Below are positions 1 to 7,796 of a stretch of 13,645 bases of DNA, piece by piece. Positions within the stretch are counted from its first letter, which is position 1; each line of letters begins with the position of its first letter. The translations under genes and the position numbers were made by a program. Under the pieces are notes generated by a model. It was given only the letters and a program-made list of their open reading frames with translations, made no database searches and was not told the origin of the DNA. Origin of the DNA: Bdellovibrionales bacterium. Its GTDB lineage: Bacteria > Bdellovibrionota > Bdellovibrionia > Bdellovibrionales > UBA840. The stretch is from NCBI GenBank assembly GCA_037969075.1, contig JBBKWS010000173.1:1-13645 (forward strand), read 5' to 3'.

Positions 1-842
1 AACTCTTGCTCGATCTCTCTTGCTCTATTGACGGCTTTATTAAAGCTGGCGGCGATCAAGTTTTCAACTTCAAGGGATCTTAAGTGATTAAGCCCTGCGT
101 GCGTTGTACCTTTTTTAGAGGTAACTTGATTTTGTAGATCAGAAAGGCTCAATGACTTATTATCGACGGCCAGCTTTACACTTCCTAAAAATGTTTGTAG
201 CGCCATCTCTCTTGAGATACCAGCTGGAAAACCAGAAGCCTCTAACCAAGATTGCCAAACCATAATAAATTCATAAATAAATGCAGGCCCACTTGCACAT
301 GCTATCGTAAGCGCATTCATCTCATCTCCTTCTTCGACCGGAACTACCAGACCGAGAGGGCTTAAAAGATTTTCTGAAAGTTGTGCTAGCGTTTCGGACT
401 CATGAAGTAAACTATATCCAACAATTCCCTCTTGAATTTTAAGAGGAGTGTTTGGCATCCAGCGAATCAGTTGATCGGTTCCAGGGATAAGTGCTTTTAA
501 AGACTGAAGACTAACCCCTGCTGCCAAACTAATAACAATATGCTCTTTGGTAAAAAGACCTCGCACTGACTCTACTGCTGTGACTAAATCTTGCGGCTTG
601 ACGCCTAAAATTATAATTCCGCAGTTTTCAATTAGCTCAGCACTTGAACTGACTACTTGTAAGCCTGGAAACTCGGCCTGTAAAGCATGCAATTTTTCAG
701 GATTTCGATTGGTTACATAGATATCTTTTAAATCTATCACGCCTGCTTTTAAAAAACCTGAAAGTATGGATCTGGATAGGTTTCCCGCCCCTAAAACTCC
801 AATTTTTTTTGCTTTAATAAAACTATGAATCCATGTTTGCAT
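1..842 (-). CDS. proC: Pyrroline-5-carboxylate reductase (3' end runs off the window)
   Basis: Not in the ORF track; translated by hand from ATG at 842: MQTWIHSFIKAKKIGVLGAGNLSRSI... It has the Rossmann GxGxx motif and ProC motifs GVKPQ, SLAAG, RWMPNTP, ACASGPAF and VTSKKGTTHAGL. The frame is open to the window edge (...AVNRAREIEQE). SD GAGGT at 848-852 overlaps the maf stop codon. Confidence 0.95.
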   Translation of the reverse strand, partial: MQTWIHSFIKAKKIGVLGAGNLSRSILSGFLKAGVIDLKDIYVTNRNPEKLHALQAEFPGLQVVSSSAELIENCGIIILGVKPQDLVTAVESVRGLFTKEHIVISLAAGVSLQSLKALIPGTDQLIRWMPNTPLKIQEGIVGYSLLHESETLAQLSENLLSPLGLVVPVEEGDEMNALTIACASGPAFIYEFIMVWQSWLEASGFPAGISREMALQTFLGSVKLAVDNKSLSLSDLQNQVTSKKGTTHAGLNHLRSLEVENLIAASFNKAVNRAREIEQE

Positions 843-851
843 AAAATACCT

Positions 852-1442
852 CTATGAAATTTTCCAACCCTTGAGGGCAATCAACTCTAAAACTCTTTCT
901 ATAGGTAGTCCCATTATATTAAAAAATGAATTATCAAAAGAAGATACAAAAGATCTGCCAATTCCCTGAATGCCGTAAGCCCCAGCTTTATCATACGGCT
1001 CATCTGTCGATACATAGGACTCAACTTCATCATCTGTCAGTTTCTTAAACTCGACCTTAGACGTAATACACTCTGTTATAATTTCTTTTGTATCTAAATT
1101 CCAAAGGCAAAACGCAGTCTTAACCTCATGCGATCTGCCCGAAAGTCTGGTTAAATAGTTTTTTGCCTCGTTTTTATCGACGGGCTTGCCCAGAATATCT
1201 TTGTCTAAAACGACTACCGTGTCTGCCGCGAGAACTATTGATGGCCTAGACCAAAGACTTGCGTATTTATCAAAAACTGCACTAGCTTTACGTCTAGATA
1301 ATTCGCGAAGTGCATCATCCAAGCTCATATTTTCACTCAGATTTTCCGATATTTCTACTGAGAAAGTATGAAATGGAAGATTTGCATTTTTAAGAATTTC
1401 TTTACGTCTTGGTGATTTAGAAGCAAGGACTAACTGATACAT
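852..1442 (-). CDS. maf: Maf family nucleoside triphosphate pyrophosphatase, YhdE-type (dTTP/UTP)
   Basis: Motifs LASKSPRR, AADTVV, LGKP, LSGRSH, DKAGAYGIQG and NIMGLP. The SPRR / D-T / IQG residues match the YhdE subfamily rather than YceF. Confidence 0.95.
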   Translation of the reverse strand: MYQLVLASKSPRRKEILKNANLPFHTFSVEISENLSENMSLDDALRELSRRKASAVFDKYASLWSRPSIVLAADTVVVLDKDILGKPVDKNEAKNYLTRLSGRSHEVKTAFCLWNLDTKEIITECITSKVEFKKLTDDEVESYVSTDEPYDKAGAYGIQGIGRSFVSSFDNSFFNIMGLPIERVLELIALKGWKIS

Positions 1443-1465
1443 ATTTTCTCTAAAGGTTAGGTTAT

Positions 1466-2371
1466 ATGGGTTTAGCAGAAATTATTCTTTTCTTTAGCTT
1501 ACTGCTTTTAGGTATTTCTGTATATCTATTTGTGTCATTCTTCATGGGTGAAGGCGAAGAGCAATCTGCACTATCTTGGGCTTCAGGCGAAGAACCAGAA
1601 AAATCAAAATCAGGATTCATTGAGTTTTCTCGTCCTATAGCACATCGTTTCGCCTTAAACTTAGCAAAAAAAGTAACTAACAAAAGGTACCGAGATAATA
1701 CATTCAGAAATATCAAGGTGGCTGGCTTATCACGTGAATTAAATGTTGATGAGTTTATTAGTATACAGTTTTTATGGGGATTAATATTTCCTGTATTTTT
1801 ATTTATCTTGAATTTCGCCTTACAGTTAGGCTTCCACCCCTTCTTAATTATTTCTATGAGTATTGTAGGCGCGGCGTTTCCGATCATTCACTGTAACACT
1901 GAAAGAAAAAAGCGGTACCAGTCGGTTGTTATTGATCTACCATTTTTTATTGATCTCTTAGCGCTCTCGACTGAAGCTGGACTTGATTTTATCGGAGCTA
2001 TACAACGAGTTGTTGATAAAGCTGAAAACTCTGTCTTGGCTGATGAACTAGAAATCGTACTTCGAGATATTAAGCTTGGTCGATCTAGAAAAGAAGCTCT
2101 GCGTGATATGTCAGAACGACTTGAGATGTCAGAGATCACCAGTTTCATAGCGGTACTAGTAGATGCGGACTCCACTGGTGCCAGTATCGGAAAAGTTTTA
2201 AAGCAGCAATCGGAGCAAATGCGTATGGAAAGATTTTCTCGTGCAGAGAAAGCAGGGGCCAGAGCGTCGCAATTAATGCTTGTACCAATGATGTTATTTA
2301 TTATGCCAGCGATTTTTATAATGGTTTTTGGTCCTGTGATATTACAATTCATGGGTCAGGGAGGAAAGTAG
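1466..2371 (+). CDS. tadC: Tad pilus inner-membrane platform protein TadC (T2SSF family)
   Basis: Motifs LPFFIDLLALSTEAGLDFIGAIQRV, LGRSRKEAL, TGASIGKVLKQQSEQMRMERFSRAEKAG, and the C-terminal TM LVPMMLFIMPAIFIMVFGP. One N-terminal and two central TM segments. Confidence 0.92.
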   Translation: MGLAEIILFFSLLLLGISVYLFVSFFMGEGEEQSALSWASGEEPEKSKSGFIEFSRPIAHRFALNLAKKVTNKRYRDNTFRNIKVAGLSRELNVDEFISIQFLWGLIFPVFLFILNFALQLGFHPFLIISMSIVGAAFPIIHCNTERKKRYQSVVIDLPFFIDLLALSTEAGLDFIGAIQRVVDKAENSVLADELEIVLRDIKLGRSRKEALRDMSERLEMSEITSFIAVLVDADSTGASIGKVLKQQSEQMRMERFSRAEKAGARASQLMLVPMMLFIMPAIFIMVFGPVILQFMGQGGK

Positions 2372-2372
2372 T

Positions 2373-2714
2373 TTGCTATTACGTAATTTACATTCTGATC
2401 AAATCATAAGTGAACATGTGGATGTAGCCACAAGTTTTACTTCAAGATTTTTTGGACTAATGGGAAAAAAATCTATAGAGCCAAAGCAATGTCTATGGAT
2501 AACCAAATGTAATAGTATACATACTTGTTTTATGAGATTTACTATCGATGTTGTATTTTTAGATAGTGATATGAAAGTTATCGCAATAAAAGAAAAAATT
2601 AAGCCGTGGAAATTTACATGGCCAGTAATGAATGCAAAATCAGTGTTAGAGTTTTACGAACAGAACATTGGTTTAAAAATGAAACTTGGAGATCAATTGC
2701 ATGTGGGCAATTAG
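2373..2714 (+). CDS. DUF192 family protein
   Basis: Signature VATSFTSRFFGLMG...CNSIHTCFMRFTIDVVFLD...KPW...AKSVLE. TTG start lies 1 nt after the tadC stop, with SD GGAGG at 2360-2364. Confidence 0.88.
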   Translation: MLLRNLHSDQIISEHVDVATSFTSRFFGLMGKKSIEPKQCLWITKCNSIHTCFMRFTIDVVFLDSDMKVIAIKEKIKPWKFTWPVMNAKSVLEFYEQNIGLKMKLGDQLHVGN

Positions 2715-4266
2715 AATTTTAAACGGAGCATTAGCAGGAAAGACCTATTCCCTGAAAGAGGGGGATAACTATATAGGTCGTGGAGCACAAGCGGACATCC
2801 GCTTGCAAAGCACCGGTGTATCCAAGGATCATTGCGTAATTCATGTAAATGGCAACAAAATCATTCTTTTGGATAAAAATTCTAGTAATGGTACATTTGT
2901 TAATGGATCTAAAATAGCACAAAAACAATTAAACAATGGTGATAAAATTGGGATACATGACGTGCTTGCAGATGTGCAATACAACGTCATTCCTTTTCCA
3001 AAAATGAATCAGCAAACTTCAAACAGCTTTTCAGAAAATGCAGGAAACTTTAATCCTACAGAGAATATGTATGAGCAAGGTGATCTAAACAATCAGCAGT
3101 CTGTGACTAAAGCTCCGACGAATCTAAAAGAAAGTATAGAAGTATATATAGACAACGTAGTAATGCCAGCTATCTATAGATTAATCGAAGTTTTCGAAAT
3201 GAAATGGGTTCTTGGATCGTTTGTGCTAGGCTTTATACTATTAGTTACCAGTCTGTCCATGATACCTATGATGCAAATTACTAAACGTGGAATAGAAAAA
3301 GAAAGTCAACGAAGAGCTCTTACCATTGCTAGAAATATCGCAAATATTAATGGTAGACTTTTAGAGCAAGGACTAACTGGATCATTAAGCGTGGCCTCTG
3401 CCAGCAGAGAAGAAGGTGTAAAGCTTGCCGTGATTGTAGATGCAAAGACTAGTCAGATTATTGCACCAGCGAGTAAAGTTGGTACATTTGAAAACAATCC
3501 TTTTATTAACACAATCCGTAGTAAACCTTATGAATTTGTGAACAATCTAGGTAGCAGTACCATTGGAGCAAGTGTTCCTATGCAAGCCTACAACGCTGAA
3601 TTACAAACAGCCACAGTGGCTGCCTACGCTGTTGTTATATATGATATAGGTGCACTAAGCATGGATGATGGACAAACACTTAGTTTGTTTGTACAAACTT
3701 TAGCGATAGCACTAATACTGGGATATATTCTGTTCTATTTTATGTATAGAATTATTGAAAAACCAATTTATGAGCTAAATAGATCCATTGACGATGCCTT
3801 GAAGCAAACAGGTTCGGTAACAAATAAATACATCTTCCCTATCTTACAACCATTGATTGTGAATATTAACAGTTTACTCAATCGATCTAGTTCAAATACC
3901 GAATCAGGCACCTCTTTCTTTGTTGATAGAAACTCAGAGGCGCAAAATATTGTTAGACTCTTTGAGGGACCAAGTTTTGCTGTAAATAAGGATCTACAAA
4001 TCATTGATTGCAATTTAGGTTTTGAAAATCTAACTGGAATTATATCCGGTAACATTCAGCAACAAAGCCTAGATAGACTAAATGATCAAGCTTTGATTTT
4101 AAGTATACAGGATCTAATTGAGAGAGCTAAAATGCAACCTAACTTAATAGCTAGTAATGCTATTGAGTTTAATGGCAATTCAATGGAAATTGACATCCAA
4201 GCTATCAGCTCAGACAAAGAAATTGTGTACTATGTCTTTAGTATTAAGACCGGAGGTATTGCATAA
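2701..4266 (+). CDS. Inner-membrane protein with FHA, TM, periplasmic domain, TM, HAMP-like and PAS-like regions
   Basis: Start reassigned to ATG 2701 (SD GGAGA 2688-2692; MWAIRILNG). Canonical FHA motifs IGRG, VSKDH and SSNGTFVNG. TMs WVLGSFVLGFILLVTSLSMIPMM and LFVQTLAIALILGYILFYFMY. HAMP-like RIIEKPIYELNRSID and PAS-like GPSFAVNKDLQIIDCNLGFENLTG. Confidence 0.85.
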   Translation: MWAIRILNGALAGKTYSLKEGDNYIGRGAQADIRLQSTGVSKDHCVIHVNGNKIILLDKNSSNGTFVNGSKIAQKQLNNGDKIGIHDVLADVQYNVIPFPKMNQQTSNSFSENAGNFNPTENMYEQGDLNNQQSVTKAPTNLKESIEVYIDNVVMPAIYRLIEVFEMKWVLGSFVLGFILLVTSLSMIPMMQITKRGIEKESQRRALTIARNIANINGRLLEQGLTGSLSVASASREEGVKLAVIVDAKTSQIIAPASKVGTFENNPFINTIRSKPYEFVNNLGSSTIGASVPMQAYNAELQTATVAAYAVVIYDIGALSMDDGQTLSLFVQTLAIALILGYILFYFMYRIIEKPIYELNRSIDDALKQTGSVTNKYIFPILQPLIVNINSLLNRSSSNTESGTSFFVDRNSEAQNIVRLFEGPSFAVNKDLQIIDCNLGFENLTGIISGNIQQQSLDRLNDQALILSIQDLIERAKMQPNLIASNAIEFNGNSMEIDIQAISSDKEIVYYVFSIKTGGIA

Positions 4267-5186
4267 GCCAAACTGCTGTAAACACCTCAGGAATAGCCTT
4301 CTTATTGAAAGTACAAAATGGTACTGACATGGGAGTGGTATATCAAATGGCTGGCGATAGCCTTAAACTAGGTCGGGCAGATGATAATGACATTATTGTT
4401 AAAGACAATAAGTGCAGTCGCTATCACGCAGTTCTTGAAATGAAAGAGCATGGTCTTGTAATAAAAAATGTTAGTAGCAATAACCGCATTTTTGTAGATG
4501 GCCTAGAGGTCAATGAAACCCTTTTACAGCCAAATGCAATTATAAAATTAGGCGACACTGAGATACAATTATTTGTAAGCGGACTAGAGGCTTTGGCTGT
4601 AGCGCCAGATATGCCCGCTGACCTTGCAATGCCGACAGCGGCTCCACTAAAAAAGAAAAACCCTCTTTTTTATGCATATATAGCAATCGCAGGTATTGGC
4701 CTTTATTTACTTCTATCAGATGGAGCTACTGAAGCCCCAGACAAAGCATTAAATGATGATGGAAAAATTCAAACTGAAATTGTTGAGGCGCAAAAAATTA
4801 CAGAACAATTACAAAATTTAAAATACACCTCAGGCAGAGACTCTAAACAATACTTGGATGCACAAGAAGAATACCTAAAAGGATTCAGAGATTACCGAGA
4901 AGGTAATTACTCCAGATCAATCACCTCATTTCAAGCGGCATTGGCGCTATATCCAAAGCATGAACTTGCTAGAAAATATGAAATCTTGTCAAAAAGAAAG
5001 TTGGATGAGTCAATCCAAGCTTCTATGCAAGAAGGAAATCGCTACATGGAGCAAGGTAGATACAATGAAGCTATTTCATCTTATAGAAACGTTATGATAC
5101 TTATAAAATCGCCGGATAACTTAACTTATAAAGAAGCAAAAGCTAAGTATGACCAAGCACAGGCCATTATCGAAGGAGATTTCTAA
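4263..5186 (+). CDS. FHA-TM-TPR membrane protein (start either ATA 4263 or TTG 4305)
   Basis: FHA motifs LGRADDNDI and CSRYH, with a variant SNNRIFVDG. Pro/Ala linker, then KKK followed by TM PLFYAYIAIAGIGLYLLL. TPR-like helices YLKGFRDYREGNYSRSITSFQAALALYP and GNRYMEQGRYNEAISSY. The stop overlaps the next start (TAATG). Confidence 0.85.
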   Translation: MSQTAVNTSGIAFLLKVQNGTDMGVVYQMAGDSLKLGRADDNDIIVKDNKCSRYHAVLEMKEHGLVIKNVSSNNRIFVDGLEVNETLLQPNAIIKLGDTEIQLFVSGLEALAVAPDMPADLAMPTAAPLKKKNPLFYAYIAIAGIGLYLLLSDGATEAPDKALNDDGKIQTEIVEAQKITEQLQNLKYTSGRDSKQYLDAQEEYLKGFRDYREGNYSRSITSFQAALALYPKHELARKYEILSKRKLDESIQASMQEGNRYMEQGRYNEAISSYRNVMILIKSPDNLTYKEAKAKYDQAQAIIEGDF

Positions 5187-7132
5187 TGGCTAAGTTGACG
5201 ATTTTTGTAAATTCAAAAGAATTAGACACCTTAACTCTAGATGAAAGCAAAGAGTACATCATTGGACGCGCTAGTGATGCTGATATTAAAATCAGGGATA
5301 CAACATTTTCTAGAAAACATTTGCGACTATATTTTGAAGCTGGATGGAAAATCGAATGTTTATCAAAGTTCGCTGATATCCAGTCTCCTGCTGGCCAAAC
5401 AAAACAGTTAGATTTAACAGAAACCGTAGACTTTATGGTGTCACAATATCGGTTTTCATTTCAAATAGAGCCTAGTGATCATGCTAGCAGCGCTTTAGAG
5501 TTCGATGTTGAAGAGGATTATTTAGAAGATTCTGCCCCTGCCAATGAAAAATTAATAGAGGAAGAAGATACAGATGTGAATTTTCAAGTCACACAGCCCT
5601 ATTTAACAATTACCTTTGCTGATAAAGCTGTAAACAAGCTTAAGCTAGAGGGCTCCGAGTGGAGCATCGGTAGAACCGATGAGTCTATTGTACAAATAGA
5701 TGATACGAAAGCGAGTCGTAAACATTGCCAAATCACTAAAGATGGAAACACCTTTTTTGTTATGGATCTAGGAAGTTCAAACGGCACATATTTAAATCGT
5801 AGACGAATGAAAGCTAACAAAATCGCCCCTCTCAATGGTGGTGATGTTATCAGAATAGGAAGCACACAACTAGTATTCGAAATGATTGATGAATCTTTTC
5901 AATCAAAACTTATGAATGTGCCCGCCGTGAAATCGCAACTACCAGCAGTGGCGGCACAGCCGCAAAACCCTTATGCCGCACTACAAATCAGACAACCTGG
6001 TGAGCTGCAGGCACAAGGTGCTGTAAGAATATTTAATCCGCAAACTAATAAAAAAGCAGATAAGAAAAAATTTATTGCTATATTCTGCGTCGTTATTGCT
6101 TTACTAGCATATCTACTTAAGGGAGAAAAAGCTGGTACAAAAAATGGCACTAAAAACTTAGCATCAAATGTTGAACAACGCTCTCCATTTGAATTGCTAT
6201 CGAAAGATAATAAAGATTTAGTCATACGTTTTTATGACCAAGCATATAAGCTATACATTCAAGGTAACTATGAGTTAGCTCTGAGTGAAACAAGAAAGAT
6301 ACACCGTTTATTACCAGAGTCTGGATATTTAGATTTGGCAGTTGAGAAAGATTCTAAAGATTTAGAAAAATTGATCACGGTAGCCATAGAATTGAATCGT
6401 CAAAAGCAAGTAATACAGCGCAGTCAAGAGCAACAACAACAACTTATTGAAGAAGTTAATACGATCGTTAATCGTTGCAATACAATGGCAAGGCCTGGAA
6501 CGAATATCCAGTCAGCCAGAGCCTGCCTTTCGCCTGCACTAGAATTAGATCCCGAAAATCAAAAAGCAGCCCTTATTATCGCAAGACTTGAGGCAGAAGA
6601 AGAGAGCAGACGCGCACTAGCCTCTCAAAGAGCCTATACAGAGGGACAAATTAATAAGGGTGAGGATCTTTATCAATCTGCTGTTAACCTAGAGAAAAAG
6701 GATAAGCTGTTAGATGCCATCGCCGCATACAATAGACATATCGCCTCTACACTGCCTGATCCAGGCAACTTAAAAGAGAAATCAAAAGAGCGAAAACAGC
6801 AAATCTCTATTGAGCTAAAAAAACGTATAGATGTATTAATGAAAGAAGCTACAACAGACTATGAATCAAAAAACTATAAAGATTCTATTGCAAAATTAAC
6901 CAAAGCCTTAAGACTTGATCCGTCCGTACAAGAAGCTAAGGATTTACTTGGATCAGTCACAAATGATCTAAATAAAAACATGAAAACTATTTATAGCGAT
7001 TCAGTACTAGAAGAATCTCTTGGAAACATAGAGTCTGCAAAATCATTATGGAAAAAAATCTTAGATACTGACGTTGCTTCTGGCGACTATTATAGAAAAG
7101 CAAATTCTAAACTTAAGAAGTATGGTAGGTAG
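5186..7132 (+). CDS. FHA-FHA-TM-TPR membrane protein
   Basis: FHA1 has IGRAS and FSRKH but lacks the N-G-T motif. An acidic linker follows. FHA2 is canonical (IGRT, ASRKH, DLGSSNGTYLN). KKK precedes TM FIAIFCVVIALLAYLL. Periplasmic TPR/coiled-coil region includes ALELDPEN and ALRLDPS. Confidence 0.88.
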   Translation: MAKLTIFVNSKELDTLTLDESKEYIIGRASDADIKIRDTTFSRKHLRLYFEAGWKIECLSKFADIQSPAGQTKQLDLTETVDFMVSQYRFSFQIEPSDHASSALEFDVEEDYLEDSAPANEKLIEEEDTDVNFQVTQPYLTITFADKAVNKLKLEGSEWSIGRTDESIVQIDDTKASRKHCQITKDGNTFFVMDLGSSNGTYLNRRRMKANKIAPLNGGDVIRIGSTQLVFEMIDESFQSKLMNVPAVKSQLPAVAAQPQNPYAALQIRQPGELQAQGAVRIFNPQTNKKADKKKFIAIFCVVIALLAYLLKGEKAGTKNGTKNLASNVEQRSPFELLSKDNKDLVIRFYDQAYKLYIQGNYELALSETRKIHRLLPESGYLDLAVEKDSKDLEKLITVAIELNRQKQVIQRSQEQQQQLIEEVNTIVNRCNTMARPGTNIQSARACLSPALELDPENQKAALIIARLEAEEESRRALASQRAYTEGQINKGEDLYQSAVNLEKKDKLLDAIAAYNRHIASTLPDPGNLKEKSKERKQQISIELKKRIDVLMKEATTDYESKNYKDSIAKLTKALRLDPSVQEAKDLLGSVTNDLNKNMKTIYSDSVLEESLGNIESAKSLWKKILDTDVASGDYYRKANSKLKKYGR

Positions 7133-7133
7133 T

Positions 7134-7796
7134 ATGCTAAAAGAAAAATCCTACCGCACTAAAGAATCAAAGTTTCCGACGGCCAAACTATCTTTTGAGC
7201 AGAATGACAATCTACTTATTGCTGTTTGGTCTTGGGGGGCTGCCGATGGTGGACCAAAAGCATTAGACATCATTAAGGACTACTACTTATCTGCAAGAAC
7301 AGATATAGAGGCCACATCACCATTTCCACTAAATCCTGATCTAAGCTTATCCGCCAATCACTTACGAATCGGTGTAATGCTTGCCAATGATATCATTGCA
7401 AAAGAAAATAATAATGAAGAGTACACTACTGGAATCGAAGTAATTTGCATGTCTAAAAATAAAAAAGAAGTTAGCTTTGTACATGTTGGTGGCCCATCAT
7501 TAATTAGCCTTAGGGAAAATCAATCTCCTGTAACCTACATACAGCAAAGCCAGTTAGGAAATGAATTTGACTTTAAAGTCACATCTCCACTTCCAAGAGA
7601 GTTATTAGGAATAAAACCTAGGCAGAATGTAATATGTAAAAGCATCAGAACTTTAGAAAAAGAACGATTTCTATTGGTCCAAAGAAACTATATGCCACAA
7701 TTAACACAGGAAAATAATACTCTAGAAAAAATAGAGGCTGAACTAATCAGGGACAATAAGGATTTGCCATTTTGGATTTGCGAATTTACATTTTAA
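7134..7796 (+). CDS. Degenerate PP2C/PPM-fold protein (putative pseudo-phosphatase)
   Basis: Start reassigned to ATG 7134, 1 nt after the upstream stop; ATG 7122 is also possible. Collinear PP2C blocks: LLIAVWSWGAADGG, EATSPF..LS..ANHLRIGVMLANDII, FVHVGG, RELLG and ERFLL. The metal-binding Asp residues are not visible. Confidence 0.7.
   Translation: MLKEKSYRTKESKFPTAKLSFEQNDNLLIAVWSWGAADGGPKALDIIKDYYLSARTDIEATSPFPLNPDLSLSANHLRIGVMLANDIIAKENNNEEYTTGIEVICMSKNKKEVSFVHVGGPSLISLRENQSPVTYIQQSQLGNEFDFKVTSPLPRELLGIKPRQNVICKSIRTLEKERFLLVQRNYMPQLTQENNTLEKIEAELIRDNKDLPFWICEFTF

Noticed and set aside
1186..2352. ORFs 1186-1371 (+), 1462-1887 (-) and 1888-2352 (-)
   Set aside because: Antisense shadows of maf and tadC with no recognisable motifs.
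2686..2700. ORF-track start at 2686 for the first FHA gene
   Set aside because: ATG 2701 has a properly spaced SD (GGAGA) and begins at the first FHA strand.
2731..6225. - strand ORFs 2731-2928, 3768-4055, 5599-5865 and 5971-6225
   Set aside because: They lie wholly inside well-supported FHA genes on the opposite strand and show no family signal.
6431..6442. (CAA)4 microsatellite
   Set aside because: An in-frame Gln run within a coiled coil; too short and frame-neutral to suggest phase variation.
7074..7133. ORF-track start at 7074 for the PP2C-like gene
   Set aside because: It would overlap the upstream gene by 59 bp; ATG 7134 (or 7122) fits the operon's tight coupling better.
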